This document shows positions 1 through 10,107 of a stretch of 32,000 nt of DNA, piece after piece. The first letter of the stretch is position 1; the number at the start of each line of letters is the position of its first letter. Origin of the DNA: Okeania sp. GTDB lineage: Bacteria; Cyanobacteriota; Cyanobacteriia; Cyanobacteriales; Microcoleaceae. The notes beneath the pieces were generated by a model. It ran no database searches, had not been told where the DNA came from, and saw only the letters and a list, made by a program, of their open reading frames with translations. The stretch is from assembly GCF_035285525.1 (NCBI RefSeq), contig NZ_JAYKGW010000235.1:28317-60316 (forward strand). Direction: 5' to 3'. A program made the position numbers and the translations under genes.

Positions 1-87
1 AATATTCCGGAAGCGATCGCTCGTGGTTCTAATTCTACTGTAATTTTAGTCCGAGCTGCAATTAATTATGCGATCTCCTCAAATAGT

Positions 88-525
88 TAGGGTTGGCGCT
101 TCTTCAGTCTTTTTTAAGGGTAGGGACGTTGCACCGACAAAAATGCGTTTTCCTTAGGGAATGCTCTGCTTTCCATGTCGCCGAGCGATACGCTCGGCGA
201 CATAAAAAGCGTACTTCTACTCTATAGAACCCCTAACCGTATCTTGACAAAGCTGTGTTTTTTTGCCTAAGTCAGGAGTCAACCCACCCCTAACCCCTCC
301 CAGGAGGGGAAATAGGGAAAAAGCTAGCTAGAGTTAGAGCCTTAGATTCACCATCTCCCGATCTCCCGATCTCTCCATTTCCCCAACTAATTTTGGAGAC
401 CCGTTGAGGGGTTCTATATGTATTGCCTTTGCGTATCAATAACCACTTCTTCTACAACTCCAGGTTTCTCCTAACTCTTAACTACTCCCTACCCTAATCA
501 TCAGACTTTTGAGCGCCAACCCTAA
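88..525. mobile_element. MITE-like element (~440 bp) with imperfect terminal inverted repeats and nested hairpin repeats
   Basis: ttagggttggcgct (88-101) is the exact reverse complement of agcgccaaccctaa (512-525). The interior contains gtagggacgtt... and the palindrome atgtcgccgagcg-ata-cgctcggcgacat (about 174-203). Related end sequences recur at about 7340-7445. Confidence 0.55.
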
Positions 526-1763
526 GTAGTATACTCAGCGTTAATTTTTACATAGTCATAACTAAGGTCACATCCCCAAGCTTTTCCACTACCAATACCA
601 TCTCCAACTTTTATAGAAATTAACACAGTATCATCTTTGAGATATTCTCCTGCTGCCCTCTGTTTTAGATATTCACTAGCAGCAGGGCGGTCAAAATCTA
701 AAGGTTGACCGTTCTCCATGAGCAAAAAGTCTCCCAACTTTACCTGTAACTTTTCCTGTTCAAACTTGACTCCAGCGCGACCTGCTGCTGCTGCTATTCT
801 TCCCCAGTTAGGATCGCGACCAAAAATAGCTGATTTGACGAGAGAAGACCCGGCAATAGTTTTGGCAATTTGATTAGCAGATGCTTCATCAGAAGTTCCA
901 GTAACTTGAACCTCTATCAAACAAGTCGCTCCCTCTCCATCACGAGCGATCGCTTTGGCTAAATAAATACAAACTTCTGTTAACATTGCCTCCAACTTTT
1001 CTGCTTCTGCTCCCATATTCGTAATCGCAGATGTGCGAGACTGACCGTTGGCTAGAGCAATGACTGTATCGTTGGTACTGGTATCTCCATCAACAGTAAT
1101 TTGATTGAAACTGCGATTAACTGCTCTGGTTAACATTTCTTGCCATAATGGAGGAGAAACTGCTGCATCACAGGTAACAAATGATAACATTGTTGCCATA
1201 TTCGGATGAATCATTCCCGAACCTTTCGCAATACCACCAATACGAACTGGGCGATCGCCTACCATAGTTTCTAAAGCGATTGATTTTGTAACTAAATCTG
1301 TAGTGATAATAGCTTTAGCTGCTGCTTCCCCACCTTCTGGAGAAACTGTAGAAAGTAAATTGGGAATGGCTGCTTTGAGAGCATCCATTTTAATTCGTTT
1401 GCCAATAACTCCGGTGGAAGCTAGTAAAATCGAGTCTGGGGAAATATTGAGTGCTTTACCTAATTCTGCTGCACTTTCCACAGCATCTTGCCAACCTAAA
1501 TCTCCTGTAGCAGCATTTGCTTGTCCAGCATTACATAAAATTGCTTTAGCGCTTGGTTTCTCTTCTAAACGCTGGCGACAATAATCGACACAAGCTGCTC
1601 TGACTTGACTTGTGGTAAATACTCCCGCAGCGATCGCATCTACGTCGGACAAAATCAGAGCTAAGTCTGCTGCCCCAGAAGGCTTTAACCCTGCAATTAT
1701 TCCTGTTGCCTGATATCCCTTGGGAGCTGTTACTCCACCAGTTATTACTTGCCAGTCTGACAT
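522..1763 (-). CDS. argJ: Bifunctional ornithine acetyltransferase / N-acetylglutamate synthase (ArgJ)
   Basis: 413-aa ORF. N-terminus [22 protein letters not shown], internal autoproteolysis-type [11 protein letters not shown] segment and C-terminus [11 protein letters not shown] are typical of ArgJ over its full length. Confidence 0.95.
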   Translation of the reverse strand: MSDWQVITGGVTAPKGYQATGIIAGLKPSGAADLALILSDVDAIAAGVFTTSQVRAACVDYCRQRLEEKPSAKAILCNAGQANAATGDLGWQDAVESAAELGKALNISPDSILLASTGVIGKRIKMDALKAAIPNLLSTVSPEGGEAAAKAIITTDLVTKSIALETMVGDRPVRIGGIAKGSGMIHPNMATMLSFVTCDAAVSPPLWQEMLTRAVNRSFNQITVDGDTSTNDTVIALANGQSRTSAITNMGAEAEKLEAMLTEVCIYLAKAIARDGEGATCLIEVQVTGTSDEASANQIAKTIAGSSLVKSAIFGRDPNWGRIAAAAGRAGVKFEQEKLQVKLGDFLLMENGQPLDFDRPAASEYLKQRAAGEYLKDDTVLISIKVGDGIGSGKAWGCDLSYDYVKINAEYTT

Positions 1764-1854
1764 TTTTCTTTCCTTATATTGGATAATTGTGACTGATTAT
1801 ACTAATGACTTAAAAGATAGCCGTTTAAATTTCATTAAAAATTTAGTATTACAC

Positions 1855-2301
1855 TTATTTTGGCAGCCAATCTTCATCCAATATTTGTTCCAGAGAATAA
1901 GGGTTAATTTCTCGTAATTGAAGTTCTGATTTAACTTGAGCAATTTTTCTAGCTTTGCCATAAAGATAGTCAAGTCGTTCAGCTAAATAATTGCGTAAAT
2001 TTGTTGTGAGTTTGTATTCTAACTGAGTCCGAAAAGTTAAAATTTTTCCACGCCAATGCCTGGAGTTATTAGCTCTTTCTGCTGACCAATATTGATAAAG
2101 TAGTAAATGTTGAATAATTAAAGTCACGAAACTTTCTACAGCACTTTTTTCACTTCTACCCAATCCTTCTAACTCCTCAATTAAATTATCATAATCTAGG
2201 TTTTCTAATTGACGATTATTTAGTAGTTTAATTATTTCTTCTAACCACAGGAAATAATCTACTTCATACAGTAATTTTAGATCGGTAATTTGATGAATCA
2301 T
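1855..2301 (-). CDS. DUF29 domain-containing protein
   Basis: 148-aa ORF. The pattern LYEVDYFLWLEE...LDYDNLIEELEGLGRSEKSAVES...LLLYQYW matches the helical DUF29 family, which is very abundant in cyanobacteria. Confidence 0.8.
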   Translation of the reverse strand: MIHQITDLKLLYEVDYFLWLEEIIKLLNNRQLENLDYDNLIEELEGLGRSEKSAVESFVTLIIQHLLLYQYWSAERANNSRHWRGKILTFRTQLEYKLTTNLRNYLAERLDYLYGKARKIAQVKSELQLREINPYSLEQILDEDWLPK

Positions 2302-2605
2302 GTTGTATATCTATTTGTGTTGTGAACAAGTTAACGATCACTTGTCTTAACATTAGTAACTTTTCGCTGGCTATTCTAATGCACCATTTTAGATGAAACG
2401 ATCCACTACTGAACTACTTTACGCCATGTGCAACTTTTCCTGACTTACTAAATTTAAGGAGTTATTAAAATAGCCTTTTCAACTTTATGGCGGTTGTTGT
2501 ATTTTCGTAGAAAGTTGCACACCGCGTTACTTTAAGTGTTATCAGCCTTTTCCCATAATACTTTCAGTATACTCTCCCATTCTAAATTCTAAATTTTAAA
2601 TTCTA

Positions 2606-2917
2606 CAGGACTTAGGGCGTGTCATCAATTAAATAAGTTGACAAAAAGGCTATTCTCTGTTAAGTAAAAATGGCGATCAGGGTTGGGTAGGTTCAAAGAT
2701 AGCTCGCGCATACCTGAAATTGTGCGGTAGGTAGGGGCGGGTTTCTCAGTTAAATGAACGATTGTCACAGTTAGTTAGATAAACCCGCCCCCCCAATGAT
2801 GTAATGAACAACTTTAGCTTTGTCAGTCTACTACTTTTGTTGATAAAGCTTCTAACATCTAATTGATGACACACCCTAAGCAAATGTACTATATCTAGGG
2901 TTGTTGCGTAAGTCCTG
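2606..2917. mobile_element. Composite MITE: inner element with 20-bp TIRs nested in a caggacttac-type repeat
   Basis: cttagggcgtgtcatcaatt (2611-2630) matches the reverse complement of aattgatgacacaccctaag (2861-2880) at 19/20 positions. The outer pair is caggact (2606-2612) / agtcctg (2911-2917). An inner hairpin runs from aggggcgggttt to aaacccgcccc (2733-2791). Confidence 0.6.
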
Positions 2918-2927
2918 TATTTTTGAC

Positions 2928-4520
2928 TTAAGAAATTGGCCGATAAACTCGATAGTCAATTTCTGGAAAAATATTGTCGATCGCTTCAATTTTTTCCAAC
3001 CAACCAGAGTCAATCTTTCCTTCTAAAATATCTTCATACAGCTTATTAAAACGCATTAAATGCGATCGCGTCCTCCGCACAGCATAAGGAACCATAGTAC
3101 CCGTACTCATAATAAACGCCCAGTCAGAAGATTGAGCCAGTAATAATTCTCGACTGGCCTGATTTAGGGCCTTTAGTACCAATTCATCCTGTGCTTCGTA
3201 TCGCGCCAATTCAACCATCCTTTCTGCGGCCTGATGCAAATGAGGATAAATCCAAGAATTAGTATGATTGAGCCAATATTCATGGAAACCCTTATATCCC
3301 CAACTCGACTGTGCTGGAAGACAAACTTGATGTTCAGGATGTTTCTGTAAATAATCTGCTAAATGAATCATTCGATAACTGCTCTGGTCATACCAAGTTT
3401 TACGGAATAGGATATCCAAAAACCAAGGTCCTTCATACCACCAGTGACCAAACAACTCAGCATCGTAGGGAGAAACAATTATTGGCAACCTCTCCATAAT
3501 ATGGTATAGATGCTCGACCTGCCGTTGCCGATTAAACATAAAATTACCAGCGTGTTCTGCTGCTTTTTCTCTTGCCCAGTATGGGTCATAAAGTTGTTTA
3601 TCTGCTAACCCTAGATCCCGACCTGTAATTTTATGATATTTAATCCCTGTATTTTTGCGCTGGCCATTCGGCATAATATAAGGCTTAATATATTCATATT
3701 CTGCTTCCCAGCCTAAATCTTTATAAAATTCTCTATATTCTGGGTCTCCTGGATATCCGAGTTGGGAAGACCATACTTGTTGAGAAGATTCATGGTCTCT
3801 CGAAAAAACGGCGACTCCTGATTTAGTAAAGATAGGAGCATAACTCCCGTATCTGGGCCTGGGTCTAGCATAGAGTACACCATGACTATCTGTTAAGAAA
3901 TAACGTATACCAGCATCCGCTAGTAATCGTTCTAGACCTTCATAATAAGCACATTCTGGTATCCAAATACCTCTGGGGCGACGGCCAAAATTTTGTTCAT
4001 AATGTTGACAAGCAACTTCTATTTGTGCCCAGACTGCCTGGGGGCACATTTTCATTAGTGGGAAGTAACCGTGGGTAGCGCCACAGGTCATAATTTCTAG
4101 ATTATTACTGTCTTGAAATTGCTTAAATGCTGTAATTAGGTCACGGTCATAACGTTCCCAGACTTCTCTGACATTGTTAAAGTGAGTGGCGTAATGTTCT
4201 GCAAGGTAGCGGACATGACCGTTGTGGATATTGTGGTCAATTTCCTTTTCTGCTAATTCTTCCAGTAAGGTTAGGTGATGTTCGTAGCGGTCTTGTAGTA
4301 GGGGGTCTCGTAGCATGGACACCAAGGGAGGTGTTATGCTCATGGTCATTTTAAAGTTTACACGATCTTGCTTTAACCCCTCAAACATTTGGATGAGGGG
4401 GACATAAGTTTCCGTAATTGCTTCAAATAGCCACTCTTCTTCTAAAACATAATCGCTTTCTGGATGTCTGACAAAAGGGAGATGGGCATGAAGAACAAAG
4501 GCGAGGTAGCCAATAGCCAT
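2928..4520 (-). CDS. Glycoside hydrolase family 57 protein (1,4-alpha-glucan branching enzyme type, with DUF1957-like C-terminal part)
   Basis: 530-aa ORF. It begins GYLAFVLHAHLPFVRHPE, the hallmark N-terminus of GH57 branching enzymes, and the length is typical. Confidence 0.85.
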   Translation of the reverse strand: MAIGYLAFVLHAHLPFVRHPESDYVLEEEWLFEAITETYVPLIQMFEGLKQDRVNFKMTMSITPPLVSMLRDPLLQDRYEHHLTLLEELAEKEIDHNIHNGHVRYLAEHYATHFNNVREVWERYDRDLITAFKQFQDSNNLEIMTCGATHGYFPLMKMCPQAVWAQIEVACQHYEQNFGRRPRGIWIPECAYYEGLERLLADAGIRYFLTDSHGVLYARPRPRYGSYAPIFTKSGVAVFSRDHESSQQVWSSQLGYPGDPEYREFYKDLGWEAEYEYIKPYIMPNGQRKNTGIKYHKITGRDLGLADKQLYDPYWAREKAAEHAGNFMFNRQRQVEHLYHIMERLPIIVSPYDAELFGHWWYEGPWFLDILFRKTWYDQSSYRMIHLADYLQKHPEHQVCLPAQSSWGYKGFHEYWLNHTNSWIYPHLHQAAERMVELARYEAQDELVLKALNQASRELLLAQSSDWAFIMSTGTMVPYAVRRTRSHLMRFNKLYEDILEGKIDSGWLEKIEAIDNIFPEIDYRVYRPIS

Positions 4521-4682
4521 AGTCTTTAATAGGTAATAAAGTAAGGTGAACTGAAATTGAAATTGAAAAAAATTATAATATTTTCTTTATGATTGTAATG
4601 CTAAAGAGTACAAATTTAGAATTTAGAATTTAGAATTGGATAGTATCAGGAAGGCAGAACGGAAGGAATAAGGTAAGAAGGT

Positions 4683-4788
4683 TAGGATTTACACGGGAGG
4701 AACCCGGTTTCTAGGAGAAATCGTTGTTTTGAGCAGTAATAATCTACCCTCGTACCGGGTTTCTGGGTTCATCTGCGTAAGTCCTGAA
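4683..4788. repeat. Dispersed repeat family 'aggacttac ... gaacccggtttct ... gcgtaagtcct'
   Basis: taggatttacacgggaggaacccggtttctaggag...accgggtttctgggttcatctgcgtaagtcctg is near-identical in architecture to 18098-18175, with partial copies at 17120-17165 and 17223-17250. Confidence 0.55.
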
Positions 4789-4900
4789 GGTATAAACTTT
4801 TTCATCGACTAATTATCCGGATACAAGTGTATATGTTCATAATTTTATCTACAGTTCAATCTCCCCATCTCCCCATCTCCCACAACTATATAACGAGTAT

Positions 4901-7054
4901 TTAACCGGATTTTATATTATATATAACTTCACTACTATCAAGAACTGCTTCCTGTAATGCTCCTACTGAAAACTTGGCTCCTGTTAAATTAGCTCCCCTC
5001 AAATCAGCGTTAGTAAAATTTCCTCTCTCACAGTTGGCATTTTGAAGATCGGCAGCTCTGAGATTAGCATCTTGAAAATTTAAGTCTTGCAAACTTAAAC
5101 CAATTAGCACACAGTTAGAAAAATCATTATTTCCTGCATCTAATCTTTCCCTAATTTGCTGTCGCCATAGCTTGTTAAACATTCCTATCTCAGATAACTT
5201 AGAAATCAAATAAATTAACTTATTATTAGACTCTATACCGCGAAGAGTACCCTGAACATCATACCAGTTGAGCCAAGGTAATAATCCCTCTGGAGACTGA
5301 AGGGAAAAATTGACCTTATTTTCGTGATAAGCATCAGCAGTTTGAGCATAACCACGACCTACACAATTAATAAAATTTTTCTCTACCTTTGCCAGATCTT
5401 CACTTTGAGTAGATAGGGTGCGCCAAATTCTTTCTTGCACACTAAAACCAAAATGCCCATGAGAATATACTATCCACAGTAAATCAATGGTTCGGAAATC
5501 CAGTAAAGGTAATTTATAAACAAATTTTTCATTCAGACAACTGGAAAAATGACCATAAAACGAGGAAGCCGGAAACTCTTCCCGATGGATACTTTCCAGC
5601 ATTTTTTGATAATTCTGTAGTAAGCGAGTAAGTTGATTAAATATCTCAGACTGAATATTTTTGTTGATTGTCTTCAAAACCTCTTTGGCTTCCCGAATAC
5701 CTTCGTATATATCTATTCTAAAAGCAATTTCACACAATAAGCGGAAGGTTTCCCTATCCGCTTTTTGCCATTGAGATGCTGCTAGTAAATCTTGCAGTTT
5801 TTTGTAGTTAACTCCTAATGCTGAGTGCAACTCTATATCCGTAACCAATTTTTTCTTGGGATCAAAAATGACATCTCTAGGACGTTGCCAGACTTTTTCA
5901 ATGATTTCAGCGATCGCTTCCCCAAGTGTTTCTGATGAAATATTCTCTTCTCCCAACTTTTGCCACAACTTAGAAGATATGTAGTAAGGACGAGGCATTT
6001 GTTCATAAAGCCGTTTAGCATAACCCCCTGTCACCCCCACCGGAATTACCACTGCACCCATTTCTATTGCAGTTTCAGCTTCTTGTTTTGCACCTGGTCC
6101 CCCTTCTATAAGTACATAAACCGATGCCATGCGAGCTAAAATTTCTCGACGCTCAAATAAAGTTTTACCTCCATAAAGATTTAGACCATATTCCCAGGGT
6201 TGAAATCCTTCTGGTTGGATATGATACACTAAAGCTGGTTGATGTTGCTGATAGCATTCTTGCCAAAAACTACGGGAGACTGCTTCAGGTATACCTGTGA
6301 CTCCACCTGTTAAGAGAGCTAACTTTTGAAATGATGTAGCAAGTTTTCTACCAGTAGCATTGCATATTGCCTTGGTAGTTACACCCCAAAATGAGGTACT
6401 GCCAATGATTGCTACTCGATACTCAGATTGAATTTGAGTAAGTAACTGTCTAGCTATTTTGCTTTCATATTTTTGCCTAGAAGTGGGGGAAGTTATGGAA
6501 GTTGGCAGGTTTATTTTGTATTGTTCGTAATTATCCAGCTCGTGACAAACAAAAATTATTCTCCATGGTAAAGGGTGATTTTCCAAAAATGTCAGGGCTT
6601 CTGTGAGAGCTATTTTCGCAGCCCAATCTCTAGGAAAGCCACGCATTCCGGTGCTAATACAGGGAAACGCGAGACTATGAATTTGGTTTTGTGCTGCTAG
6701 TTGCAAACAGTTCCGATAACATCTGGCTAGCTGTTTGCTGGATATTTTACTATTGGTTTTATCCCAAACTGGGGCACAGGTATGAATGATGTATGAAGCT
6801 ATAAGTTTATAGCCTTTAGTAATTTTAGCTTCGCTAGTTTCCAGCCATTCTATTTGTCTTGTGGCTTTTATTATTGCTTCTCCTGCTGCTTGGTAAATTT
6901 GACTAGATAATCCATGACCACGAAGACTATTGTCAGTAGGATTCACGATCGCTTCTACCGATTGATAAATAATATTGCCTTGAGTAATGCTCAAGCGTTT
7001 ACCACATTGTAGATTTTTCCTAGAAGTCTGCGTACTTTTCCCTGGTTTATTCAT
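4901..7054 (-). CDS. Multidomain protein: Macro (ADP-ribose binding/processing) + LOG/SLOG-like Rossmannoid + GUN4-like + C-terminal pentapeptide repeats
   Basis: 717-aa ORF. The Macro-like part is about aa 20-185 (ITQGNI..VEAIVNPTDNSL.G.G....IYQAAG, AFPCISTGMRGFP). The LOG/SLOG-like part is about aa 205-350 (VAIIGS..., LLTGGVTGIPEAV, IEGGPGAKQEAETAIEMGAVVIPVGVTGG). The GUN4-like part is about aa 400-600 (GVNYKKLQDLLAASQWQKADRET, DLLW..SHGHFGFSVQERIW). Pentapeptide repeats are about aa 630-700 (ANLRAADLQNANCERGNFTNADLRGANLTGAKF). Confidence 0.75.
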   Translation of the reverse strand: MNKPGKSTQTSRKNLQCGKRLSITQGNIIYQSVEAIVNPTDNSLRGHGLSSQIYQAAGEAIIKATRQIEWLETSEAKITKGYKLIASYIIHTCAPVWDKTNSKISSKQLARCYRNCLQLAAQNQIHSLAFPCISTGMRGFPRDWAAKIALTEALTFLENHPLPWRIIFVCHELDNYEQYKINLPTSITSPTSRQKYESKIARQLLTQIQSEYRVAIIGSTSFWGVTTKAICNATGRKLATSFQKLALLTGGVTGIPEAVSRSFWQECYQQHQPALVYHIQPEGFQPWEYGLNLYGGKTLFERREILARMASVYVLIEGGPGAKQEAETAIEMGAVVIPVGVTGGYAKRLYEQMPRPYYISSKLWQKLGEENISSETLGEAIAEIIEKVWQRPRDVIFDPKKKLVTDIELHSALGVNYKKLQDLLAASQWQKADRETFRLLCEIAFRIDIYEGIREAKEVLKTINKNIQSEIFNQLTRLLQNYQKMLESIHREEFPASSFYGHFSSCLNEKFVYKLPLLDFRTIDLLWIVYSHGHFGFSVQERIWRTLSTQSEDLAKVEKNFINCVGRGYAQTADAYHENKVNFSLQSPEGLLPWLNWYDVQGTLRGIESNNKLIYLISKLSEIGMFNKLWRQQIRERLDAGNNDFSNCVLIGLSLQDLNFQDANLRAADLQNANCERGNFTNADLRGANLTGAKFSVGALQEAVLDSSEVIYNIKSG

Positions 7055-7316
7055 ACTTGATTTTATATATAAAAATAATTAATTTTCATTATTATACAGA
7101 TTTTCCTTGATATTTGCTGAGTATAAATTTATGTGTTTATTAAAAGCAGAAATTACTAATAGATATTTCCAGGGAACAGGGAACAGGTATGGAGGGAATA
7201 GGTATGGAGGGAATAGTTGGAAAAGTGTTTTCTAGTCTAAAAGCCATCATCAGTCGATGTCCTAATTGCCTTGTCGGTTGCTATACTTTTTGATTACCCG
7301 TAACCTATTTAGGGTT

Positions 7317-7554
7317 TGCTGATTTATCGGGAACCGTAAAAGTCTTTTTTAAGGGTAGGGATGTTGTATGCAACGTCTTTACGGAAGCGCTTGAGTAGGG
7401 AGTAGTTAAGAGTTAGGAGAAACGCGGAGTTGTACAAAAGGTAGTCATTCTTAGTTTCTCCTTATTTTTTCTGTCATAATTACCCTAAAATCCTTACTTT
7501 TTCCTCTCCATAAACCGAAAATTTGGTACTTTTGCGGTTCCCGATAAATCAGTA
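7317..7554. mobile_element. Palindromic element split by insertion of a second repeat (nested MITEs)
   Basis: tgctgatttatcgggaaccgtaaaagt (7317-7343) matches the reverse complement of acttttgcggttcccgataaatcagta (7528-7554) at 25/27 positions. The 184 bp between them carries sequences of the family seen at 88-525 (aagggtaggg..., gagtagggagtagttaagagttaggagaaac). Confidence 0.55.
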
Positions 7555-7713
7555 CCTAAAATTATTCAAACCTTTATTGAATAGTGCTTTCCTCTTTAAT
7601 CAGCTAACCCTATTTAGGATTGCTATATTAGGAATTATTCACTAACACAAGAAACCGAATTTATGCAGGAAATTCTGGGGAATAAACCAGGTTTCTGCAT
7701 AGGTAATTTCTAA

Positions 7714-8826
7714 CTAACTAAAATAACTTTTGACAATCTTGATAATTCTCTCCGAGGCATAACCATCACCAAAGGGATTAACTGCCATTGCCATTTCTTT
7801 ATATTTGCTAATATCACTCAATAATTCTCCAGCAGCAGTCACAATATTATTCGTATTAGTACCAACAAGTTTAGCAGTTCCCGCCATTATTGCTTCTGGT
7901 CTTTCTGTTGTTTCTCGTAATACTAAAACTGGCTTACCCAAACTAGGAGCTTCTTCTTGTAAACCCCCAGAATCAGTTAATATTAAATAAGAATTTTGCA
8001 TAGCTCCTACTAATTGACTATAATCAAAAGGTTCTTCTAAAAATACTCTTGGATGATTCCCTAAAATTGCTTTTAAAGGTTCCCTAACTGTGGGATTTTT
8101 ATGGAGAGGTAAAACTAAAGCAGTGTCAGGAAATTTATCTAGAATTTGCAAAAATGCTTGAGCAATTTTTTCTAAAGGTTCTCCCCAATTTTCTCGCCGA
8201 TGAACTGTTGCTAATATTACTCGATATTTAATCCAATCTAAACCATTAATCTGACATTGAGGTTGAGATTTTGCTACTTTTAACAAAGCATCAATTACCG
8301 TATTTCCTGTTTGATGAATTTCTCCTATGACCCCTGATTTTTGTAAATTTTCCATAGCCAAATTTGTAGGAGCAAAATGTAATTGAGCTATCTGAGAAAT
8401 TAAACGACGATTGGCTTCTTCTGGATAGGGATTAAATAAGTCATTAGTTCTTAAACCTGCTTCTACATGACCAACAGGAATTTTTTGATAAAATGCAGCT
8501 AAAGAAGCAGCAAAAGCGGCGCTAGTATCTCCCTGAACTAATACTAATTGAGGTTGCAATTGGAGAAATAATTCTTCTAGTCCTTGTAAACTTCGACACA
8601 GAATATCTGTCAATGTTTGTCTAGTTTGCATAATTGCTAAATCTTGGTTAGCTTTAATATTAAATAATTCCATTACTTGGGTAACCATTTCTTTATGTTG
8701 ACCAGTCAAAATTACCAGGGTATCAAAATTAGGAGAACTTTGAAAAGTTTGGATAACTGATGCTAATTTGATAGCTTCGGGGCGAGTTCCTAAAGTGATT
8801 GCTACTCGAATAGGAGTGTTGGGCAT
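7714..8826 (-). CDS. wecB: UDP-N-acetylglucosamine 2-epimerase (non-hydrolysing)
   Basis: 370-aa ORF with GTRPEAIKLA, VLVQGDTSAAFAASLAAFYQKIPVGHVEAGLRT, HRREN, LTDSGGLQEEAPSLGKPVLVLRETTERPE. This is a classic WecB/MnaA signature. Confidence 0.93.
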   Translation of the reverse strand: MPNTPIRVAITLGTRPEAIKLASVIQTFQSSPNFDTLVILTGQHKEMVTQVMELFNIKANQDLAIMQTRQTLTDILCRSLQGLEELFLQLQPQLVLVQGDTSAAFAASLAAFYQKIPVGHVEAGLRTNDLFNPYPEEANRRLISQIAQLHFAPTNLAMENLQKSGVIGEIHQTGNTVIDALLKVAKSQPQCQINGLDWIKYRVILATVHRRENWGEPLEKIAQAFLQILDKFPDTALVLPLHKNPTVREPLKAILGNHPRVFLEEPFDYSQLVGAMQNSYLILTDSGGLQEEAPSLGKPVLVLRETTERPEAIMAGTAKLVGTNTNNIVTAAGELLSDISKYKEMAMAVNPFGDGYASERIIKIVKSYFS

Positions 8827-9410
8827 TTCTATTTAATTTGATATGTTTTTCAGACAATAATCAGAATTATATAGCAATTTTGATACTGATAAGTTACAAA
8901 ATTTCTAAATATTTAGCAGTTAGGTATTTATTGTAGTGTAAGCATTAAGCATTTAGCTTTTGAACTTAATAAGTGTTTGTGCAAAATTAATTACACATCT
9001 ATACAAACTGAATTATTTTCCTTCTCAAGAGTACAGAGAATTAGAATAGGTAAATAATTTTGCTTAGGTACTTAACTTACTAAAGTTAGTTAATGGCCTG
9101 TTTATTTCCTACGGAATGCTAGGCAAATATAAGTTTGACTTCTTTTTCAAGGCTAATTTATATTTGGTGTGCTATTAAGTTAGTAATTCATAGCTAATAA
9201 CTGAATGCTTATAGCTTACTTTAAAGCTATTTTAAGGTAATAAACTACATAGCTCAATAGACTATTAAGGTTAATTAATGGACTTTTAACGATACTTTTA
9301 ATTCTTGGAAATTTCTGAATTGTTTTTCCCTCCTTTAAAAGTAATAAAGCTATTAGGGCAGCTCCTTCGCACCAGGCTAGCTAATGGCTGACTGCTCAAT
9401 GCTGAATGCT

Positions 9411-9960
9411 TACCTAAATAGACATCTGCAAAAATCAAAAATATAATCCATTATTATATATAAATCATCAATTAGTCCCCCTGTTCCCTGTTTCCTAAAA
9501 AAGCTTTATTAGTTGAGGTCAATTGTATCTTACTATCAAAACCGACTTTAAGGGTTATATTCTTCATTTAAAGCCATTTTTAGGTTTAGATAAGGTCAGC
9601 TCTCAGTAATAATATCTAAATCTTAAGAAATAGCCGTAAACAGACTTTTCCAAAAATTAAAAATATAATCAATTCTTATCCATAAATAATCAATTACTCC
9701 CCCATTCCCTGTTCCCTAAAAAAAGCTTTATTATTCGAGGTCAATTGCATCTTACTATCAAAGCCGATTTTAAGGGTTATATTCTTCATTTAAAGCCATT
9801 TTTAGGTTTAGATAGGGTCAGCTCTCAGTAATAATATCTAAGCCTTAAGAAATAGCCGTAAATAGAAATCTGCAAAAATCAAAAATATAATTAATTCTTA
9901 TCTATAAATCATCAATTACTGCCCCTGTTCCCTGTTTCCTGTTCTCTGTTCCCTCTTTTC
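9411..9960. repeat. Tandem repeat, period ~222 bp, about 2.4 copies
   Basis: ctgcaaaaatcaaaaatataat... starts at 9425 and 9870, with a diverged copy at about 9647. Each unit contains ctgttccctgtttcct, gaggtcaattg.atcttactatcaaa.ccga.tttaagggttatattcttcatttaaagccatttttaggtttagata.ggtcagctctcagtaataatatctaa. Confidence 0.85.
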
Positions 9961-10107
9961 GGAAGATGTCTAATGAATATAGACCCTAGAGAATTTCATA
10001 TTTTTCAGTTAAAAATTTCATATTTTTGGAGCAAATATTCTGATAGTTTACCAGTTAAATAGTAGTCATTTTATGTAATTTATAAGATTTTTGAATTAAA
10101 ATTTTTT

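Noticed and set aside
1789-1802. NtcA-like site GTG-N8-TAC (gtgactgattatac) upstream of argJ
   Set aside because: It matches only the degenerate half-site consensus and lies just 26-39 nt from the start codon. That leaves little room for a -10 box plus a 5' UTR, and such a match is expected by chance in AT-rich DNA.
1303-1917. ORFs 1303..1584 (+) and 1720..1917 (+)
   Set aside because: They are antisense to, or overlapping, the well-supported argJ and DUF29 genes. Their composition is low-complexity Ala/Ser-rich or hydrophobic, typical of shadow ORFs.
3311-3499. 62-aa ORF (+) inside the GH57 gene
   Set aside because: It is a shadow ORF antisense to a confidently identified gene and has no motifs.
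5833-6021. 62-aa ORF (-) inside the Macro-SLOG-GUN4 gene
   Set aside because: It is an alternative frame of the same strand within a long, domain-supported ORF, with no independent support.
7805-7990. 61-aa ORF (+) inside wecB
   Set aside because: It is a shadow ORF antisense to wecB.
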